NCBI RefSeq assembly: GCF_000143415.4
Contig: NW_003314746.1
Span: 1-5,127 of the forward strand
Source: Selaginella moellendorffii
Taxonomy: Eukaryota > Plantae > Lycopodiophyta
Length of the DNA stretch: 5,127 nt
Direction: 5' to 3'
The notes under the pieces are model-generated. The model was not told the DNA's origin. It did not search any database and was given only the letters and a program-made list of their open reading frames with translations. Each line of letters opens with the position of its first letter. Position 1 is the stretch's first letter. Of this stretch, positions 1-5,127 are shown in pieces. Position numbers and translations under genes: made by a program.

Positions 1-52
1 ACGGAGGTGTGGTTTAGTGACTAAAGTAGAATGGAAAAATTAGTCGCTTACA
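1..52 (+). repeat. 3' end (U5) of putative 5' LTR
   Basis: Ends ...CGCTTACA (canonical CA end) 3 nt before the PBS. Contains stem AGTGACTAA (16-24)/TTAGTCGCT (40-48) with one G-U. Second LTR is not in the window. Confidence 0.75.
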
Positions 53-55
53 ACT

Positions 56-67
56 TGGTATCAGAGC
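56..67 (+). promoter_or_regulatory. Primer-binding site complementary to the 3' end of initiator tRNA-Met
   Basis: Exact 12-mer TGGTATCAGAGC, the standard iMet PBS of plant LTR retrotransposons and caulimovirids, directly after a CA terminus. Confidence 0.92.
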
Positions 68-110
68 TGTTCCTTAGTCCGACTTTTATTGGTGCTCAAG
101 TATATCACCA

Positions 111-602
111 CTAGTGTTGGCATCGGAAGGTCCGAGGAGTGGGCCTATCCTTGAGGAGTAGCAAGTCGGGAAGACATGGCTCTCCATTACAGTTCATGTG
201 TGAACTTGTAGACGAGGTGGTGGATAGAAAAGGGCCAATAATGGAATGACTTTGGGATCTTGGGAACAATGCAAGGTTTTCGTCATATAGTTGAGGTTGG
301 TGCTCATGAATGTGAGACCAAAGGTAATGACCGTGGAAGGTCAAATACGGAAGAGGACTCAAGTCCTTGAAATGGTAGCCGGGGCTACCTCTAATAAATG
401 CTGGAACAACCCAAGGAGTTGGGGGTGTATTAAGTGGATGAGTTGGTATTCTCATCACATGGACAAGTAGTCCTAAGGGGCAAAGGTTGCCCCCAGAGAA
501 CAAAATCAAGTGTCGGAGTAACACTTGTGAAAATAGTCCTTTTGAGTAGGACTGGAATGCAAGAAGGGTATTCCAGTGAGCTAGTGCCTCACAAGTAGGA
601 CC
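111..602 (-). pseudogene. Probable frameshifted C-terminal continuation of the antisense ORF
   Basis: 164-codon open stretch (includes track ORF 111-524) beginning where the preceding frame ends. True frame below ~360 is ambiguous; an alternative frame ends at TAA 86-88. Confidence 0.4.
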
Positions 603-2397
603 TTACGGGTCTGTGGATTAACCAAGTCCAAAACTGCTGGATGACTCAAGTAGAGTCAAGCGATGGTCCTAAAAGGACTGATGGAAGCATTTGGACTGAG
701 GTGTGTTGTACCCCACAAAGGATGGGGGGGATCATAGGATCCAAGGATGAGAACAGAGGGTATCTCATCGATGGCAAAATGTGCCATGCTAAAGTTATGG
801 GAAAGGTGTTCCCAGAAGAAAACAACTTTGACATAAAGTTGTGTATGACCTCTATGGGGCAGTGCTAACGGATGGTTGGCATGAGAAAGAGCGGTGTTGG
901 TCTTGGCAAAGACTTAGACATGAAAGGGAAATGTCATAGAGGTAGGCTCGTGGAGCCGATGGTGTGGAAACACCAAATGTGCCAAGGTGTGATACCTTGA
1001 GGCTATGTTGGTGGGTTCATGAGAACCCCTTGCCAAAGGAATCCCAATGGAAATGGGAATGGCATAGCCTAAGCGGCAGAGCATGTAATTGGAGTGCGGT
1101 GACCCAGATAATGATGGAGGTGTGCAAGCACCAAGCAATGAGTTGTAGGACTTGACAACCATGAGGCAACTAAGCAAGAGGTGCAAAATAACTGGTTAAA
1201 CGGGTAGAAGGTAACTACCCAACACTTCTAGTATAGGGAAGTCGGATATACCCTTACGGGGGATAAGTTGCTTATGTTGCGATATAGTAAGTCAATGTCA
1301 TAAAAGGAAATACTCATTGTCAAGAAAGCCATCATTGGGACACCCGAACACTCTAGAATACCAGAAGGTGGTGTTTGATGTCGCGAGGGCAATGGATAAA
1401 GCCCAAGGGACTAAGTCCCTAGCGAATGATGGATAGAAGGTGCTATCCAAATGTCCAAGGTTGCGGAGACAGGAGAGGACTGTCTACCCGAGTTGGACAA
1501 AGCCAAAAATGGAATTTTGGCAAGGCTAGTGATGGGCATGTAAAGGCCCATAAGCAACAATGTAATCCCAGTGTATTGGATTATAAGGTGAGCATACCCG
1601 GATTGAGGAACCACTCCCTAGGCTATTGGGTAGGTTCATCCCTAAGAATACTTGCTAAGGCATGATAGAAAGTGCAAAGCTATCCTCCTGGTCTGGAGGA
1701 GAATGACCAAAGGAAAGGTGTGAAGCCAAAAAGCAAAAAGTAAGGGGATAGAACCGAACCATAGGAATCAAAGGGCATAACCAAGGTTGGTTATGCCAGT
1801 TGGGAGTGGAGAATCAAGAGGGTGCTCGAGGATGTTGTTGCTAGCAACCGTGATGCCATAGAGAGTCTAAAATATGGAATTGTCTATGTTAGACTATATG
1901 GCAACTATAAAGCTTGCGAAAGGGGAGGCCTTAGCAAGCTGAGGGACAGAGTTCCTTCAAGGTTCCCAAAGACGATTCTAGGTAGCGTAGTACCTAGAAA
2001 GGCCAAGTGTAAATGGTTCATAGAACGCACGAAATCAGAGTGGCGCAGCAGAAGCGTGGTCTTGAAGCTTGCCATGAGGCAAGGTTATCAAGGTTAGGGA
2101 AGTAGTTCCCGAGTGTTCAAAGAGAGGGCTTTGAACGAAAGTCGATGGTCAAGGACTTTCACGCCTATGCAGGAACCATGTTACAATGGTCGGAGAACTT
2201 GCCAAGTGAGATTGGCACGTCGGGGGAACAAAGACCCTAGTTGAATGTGATAACTTCAAAAAGGGTGGGCCATGGGGCCGAGCATGGAGGAGTCCATGCA
2301 TGATCACAGACATGTCAAGTGAGAGGACTTGGCAGTGTGGAGGAACTAGGTTCCTAAGCTGTGATCTGTAGCGCGCTTTAAAAATAGGTTGGTGCAC
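589..2397 (-). pseudogene. Decayed antisense ORF (~600 codons), unknown protein
   Basis: Track ORFs 646-834, 1411-1614 and 2149-2397 share one minus frame. Read through, it has 18 stops by hand count (10 TAG, 8 TGA, 0 TAA), while ~15 TAA triplets lie in the other two minus frames. In-phase shadow ORFs occur on + (964, 1426, 1822). Confidence 0.6.
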
Positions 2398-2800
2398 CGG
2401 CGTGGGGAGTCACGCCAGGCATCTAGTGTGATGCCGTCCGTAGATGCATATACGGAGGTTGGGTTCGAGTCCCGACCCTCTAGTGCTTGGGTTCGAGTCC
2501 CAAATCACTAGGGCGTGGTGATGGTTTGGAATATGAGGACACTTATATTTCGGTGGTCATGGACTCTCAGTGGGGAGACTGGTTTGGGCACACCGCCAAG
2601 CGAGGGATGCCTCGGAGTCGTGATGCACAGTTAGATTGCTTAGTGTGAAAGCTCAGCATATCTAACTTGAACACTTTGGTGCAAGTGGCACCAAGGTCGT
2701 GGTGAGTGAGATGGGGACACCTAATCTCAGTTGCTATGAACTCTTGGCCGTAAGGGCTAGCTTGGGTGCACCGCCAAGTGTGGGGGATGCCCCCGGGGTT
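2370..2800 (+). other. Structured RNA domain (array of abutting hairpins), candidate cis-acting element
   Basis: Stems at 2399-2416, 2418-2435, 2437-2456, 2457-2477, 2480-2511, 2526-2553, 2601-2614, 2629-2667, 2674-2696, 2707-2729, 2761-2778; mismatches are largely G-U on the + strand. Confidence 0.7.
2459..2501 (+). promoter_or_regulatory. Two tandem tRNA T-arm / Pol III B-box motifs
   Basis: TTGGGTTCGAGTCCC at 2459-2473 and 2487-2501; each fits GGTTCGANTCC and folds as a stem with 7-nt loop TTCGAGT. Confidence 0.7.
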
Positions 2801-2883
2801 ATAGTCAACAACTTGGAGGTCTAGAAAACCAAGTACCTCTTGGCAACTCTGTTAAGGTGCCAAGGTGAGATCACTAAGTGATC

Positions 2884-4110
2884 TTATGGCCAGAAAAGGA
2901 CAAGGTCCTTGGTTGGCTAAGGAATGAAGTTCCTGGTTCAAAATGTTGAAATTGAACTGTTTAAGGTGGTGTGGCTTGGTTGTGATAACCAAGTGGGAAG
3001 AGCACTTAAGGGAAATAAACTATGTCCGTGTGATGGCATAGTGAGTCCGAGGAAAGTAGTCTCTATAAAAGACCCATGGGAGGGTCACGAAGTTGGGCCG
3101 TGGATAGAGCCCATAGCAGAAGATGCTAAAGAGACGTACTAGGGGTGAACATCCTCCGGACTTGGCAAAGAAGAGTCTTTGCTATGGAACCGAAACAATA
3201 CCTCAAGGAGGGAGGTAGAGATTCGATGATGCTTGGTGCAACAATCAACAGATAGGAGCAAAAGATGAGTGGCCAAGATAGGGCCGTGGAATCCCTTGGA
3301 AGGAATCCAAGTGACAAAGTTAGGCGAGGAACACTAATGTGTTGGACGCTAACAAGTTGCGGGAAAGGAAGTGTGTTTCCAAGGAGGGATTCCGAATTGC
3401 TCCGATTTGGCGAAAGTGGAAGCTCCAAGGGAGGGAGCGGTAAGGTAGCCAAATGATAGGGCGATGAACAGCCCTAGCACAAAGTATGATAACTGGAACT
3501 TTGACACGAAATAGAAGAGAGGATGATGGTGCCCTCGAATAGAGAACTTCCTAGGATGGGAAGTGGAGTTGCACAAAAGGTGCAAGGCAAGGTGTCGGAG
3601 ACACCTAGGAAATTGACTCCAAGAAGTCAAAATTCAAAGTTCCAAAGTGCAAAGGTTATATCGATGGAAATTGAGACTACTCGAGAAGGAGTAGTGGGAT
3701 TGACTTAGAGAAGGGTCTCTAAGAGGTTTAGCGAGAACTAAACCAATAAAAGGAGAGAACCACTCCATGTGGTCCAATCAGTCTCTAAGTTGGGGAGACT
3801 ACCCTCCTTAGAGGATAGGCAAGGCATGGTGAGCCTTTGGTGTCAAACCATTGAGGCATATGCAAAAGGCATGGTGAGCCTTCAATATCAAACCATTGAC
3901 AAATATTGGCTAGGTGCCAAGGATGGAAATGGTAACATATACGAGTGTTACTTTACAAAATGGTTTACCGTTCGATGAGGACATCGAACTTCGTCTATGG
4001 GTGGTGGAGTTGTGAGACACAAAATCCCTAGGCCCCAAAGTGGAGCTGGAAGGGCGCCACATGGTAGTGGCCGAAGCGAGAGCCAAACGAGCGTAACACG
4101 TTTGGACCAA
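2884..4110 (-). pseudogene. Possible second decayed antisense ORF, unknown protein
   Basis: Track ORFs 3349-3630 and 3910-4110 share a frame with 11 internal stops, only one TAA (3808); frame-preserving 45-bp duplication; in-phase + shadow ORFs (3265, 3523, 3769). Other frames are also plausible over 2850-3450. Confidence 0.4.
3821..3899 (+). repeat. Tandem duplication, 45-bp period
   Basis: AAGGCATGGTGAGCCTT-tggtg-TCAAACCATTGA (3821-3854) and AAGGCATGGTGAGCCTT-caata-TCAAACCATTGA (3866-3899). Confidence 0.9.
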
Positions 4111-4244
4111 AAGCTCCGACTTGAAAAGTCAAGAGCGGGAGTGGAACTCCCAACGAAGTGTTCGAGGAACGAGCACGAAGCGAGCAAAAGGCGAGGCTCC
4201 AAAAAGGGGACCCAAAAAGGACCAACACATGACACGTGGGAGTG

Positions 4245-4565
4245 TCCGAGATGGACTCGACTTGGAGTCCGAAGTGGAGTCCGAGGTGGACCCGAGTTGG
4301 AGTCCGAAGTGGAGTCCGAGATGGACCCGAGTTGGAGTCCGAAGTGGAGTCAGGCCGTAAGCCGAGATGGAGTCCGAGTTGGAGTCCGAGGTGGACCCGA
4401 GATGGACCCGAGTTGGAGTCCGAAGTGGAGTCCGAGATGGACCCGAGATGGAGTCCGAGATGGAGTCCGAGATGGAGTCCGAGGTGGACCCGAGATGGAC
4501 CCGAAATGGAGTCCGAGATGGAGTCCGAGATGGACCCGAGATGGAGTCCGAGATGGAGTCCGAAG
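4245..4565 (+). repeat. Minisatellite of 12-bp (TGGAGTCCGARN) and 11-bp (TGGACCCGAGN) units, 35-bp higher-order repeat at the 5' side
   Basis: 11+12+12 units at 4252-4286, 4287-4321 and a third copy from 4322 interrupted at 4352-4361; then mixed 11/12-mers to ~4565. Confidence 0.95.
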
Positions 4566-4748
4566 TCGAGACCGAGACCGGGACTGAGACCGGGACCGAG
4601 ACCGAGACCGAGACCGAGATCGGGGCCGAGACCGAGACCGAGGCCAAGACCGAGACCGAGGCCGAGGCCGAGACCGAGCCCGAGCCCGAGTCCGAGTCCG
4701 AGTCCGAGTCCGAGTCCGAGTCTGAGTCCGAGTCCGAGTCCGAGTCCG
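4566..4748 (+). repeat. Hexamer microsatellite (CCGAGN)n, ~30 copies
   Basis: CCGAGA-dominated, then CCGAGG, CCGAGC, and a near-perfect CCGAGT run. Confidence 0.95.
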
Positions 4749-4843
4749 GAGCCTGAGAGGGTGAAAGCCCAAAGCGTTCGTCTCCCAGACCCTGGGGGGT
4801 TTGGTGAGCCCCAAAAGTATAGTAGGGGGAGGACTGCAGTGGA

Positions 4844-4886
4844 GCCAGTTTGGCCAGGAAAGGCCAGTTTGGCCCAGGAAGGCCAG
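4844..4886 (+). repeat. 19-bp tandem repeat, ~2.3 copies
   Basis: GCCAG at 4844, 4863, 4882; unit GCCAGTTTGGCC(C)AGGAA(A)G, each with a GCCA/TGGC stem. Confidence 0.85.
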
Positions 4887-5115
4887 ACCCAGTGTTGGGT
4901 GATGAACTGACCACTGGGAAGTCCAAGACTAGAGTGAATACGGACCGACAAGCGGGGTAGCTTGGTGAAGTGTTCAAGAGCCGGCTCTAGTTCCCCCGGG
5001 AGATCGACTGGCCGATGCTCCCAGTCCAAGTGTGGGTGGCACTACCTACTTGGATACCAGGCGTGGCTCAACGGAACCTCGCTCTAAGCCCATGGCTAGA
5101 GCACCTAAAGGCGAT

Positions 5116-5127
5116 AGGTGGGGAGAG
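5116..5127 (+). promoter_or_regulatory. Possible polypurine tract before a 3' LTR
   Basis: AGGTGGGGAGAG at the window edge resembles plant retroelement PPTs; the following LTR start is not visible. Confidence 0.45.

Larger units (their letters stand above)
1..5127 (+). mobile_element. LTR retroelement internal region, apparently non-autonomous (LARD-like), plant-type iMet PBS
   Basis: CA-ending LTR-like terminus, 3-nt spacer, then TGGTATCAGAGC; purine tract at the far end; no recognisable gag/pol motifs (CCHC knuckle, D[ST]G, YxDD, HHCC/DDE) in the frames I read. Superfamily cannot be assigned. Confidence 0.75.

Noticed and set aside
56-2400. Endogenous pararetrovirus (same PBS)
   Set aside because: Caulimovirid ORFs lie on the PBS strand; here coding signal is antisense, no MP/CP/RT motifs are visible, and a CA LTR-like end precedes the PBS.
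2452-2459. ACGGAGGT matching positions 1-8
   Set aside because: An 8-nt match is expected by chance somewhere in 5 kb.
2399-2511. tRNA gene or intact SINE
   Set aside because: T-arms only: no acceptor stem, canonical D or anticodon arm, clear A-box, T4 terminator or poly(A) tail.
641-3978. Short plus-strand ORFs as real genes or gag-pol remnants
   Set aside because: 60-90 aa, no motifs, mostly in phase with the minus-strand frame; the matching plus frame contains several TAA stops.
4245-4565. CRISPR array
   Set aside because: Units are contiguous with no unique spacers, and no cas genes are present.
3997-5029. Long ORFs in all six frames (SD, ES/ET, RP, LG, TR repeats; superficially Sdr-adhesin or SR-protein-like)
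   Set aside because: The repeat units lack stop codons in any frame, and 11-bp units shift phase repeatedly, which argues against coding.
1-5127. Hammerhead retrozyme or Cassandra-type 5S domain
   Set aside because: I found no CTGANGA...GAAA core or 5S-like sequence by eye; most of the LTR is outside the window, so it is not excluded there.

Overview
Most likely the near-complete internal region of a plant-type LTR retroelement, in sense orientation on the + strand. It opens with an LTR-like 3' end (...TTAGTCGCTTACA, 1-52) and an initiator tRNA-Met primer-binding site (TGGTATCAGAGC, 56-67), and closes on a possible polypurine tract (GGGGAGAG, 5120-5127). I see no gag, protease, RT, RNase H or integrase motifs, so it looks non-autonomous (LARD-like), unless gag-pol lies beyond the window. 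The interior holds: (1) a long decayed antisense reading frame (~589-2397, probably reaching ~100) interrupted only by TAG/TGA stops, the pattern expected from CG/CHG methylation decay; (2) a dense hairpin domain (~2370-2800) with two tandem tRNA T-arm/B-box motifs and palindromic loops; (3) a second, less certain decayed antisense frame (~2884-4110); (4) a CpG-rich compound tandem array (4245-4748); (5) a 3' hairpin cluster. I could not identify the antisense proteins. All counts and foldings were done by hand.
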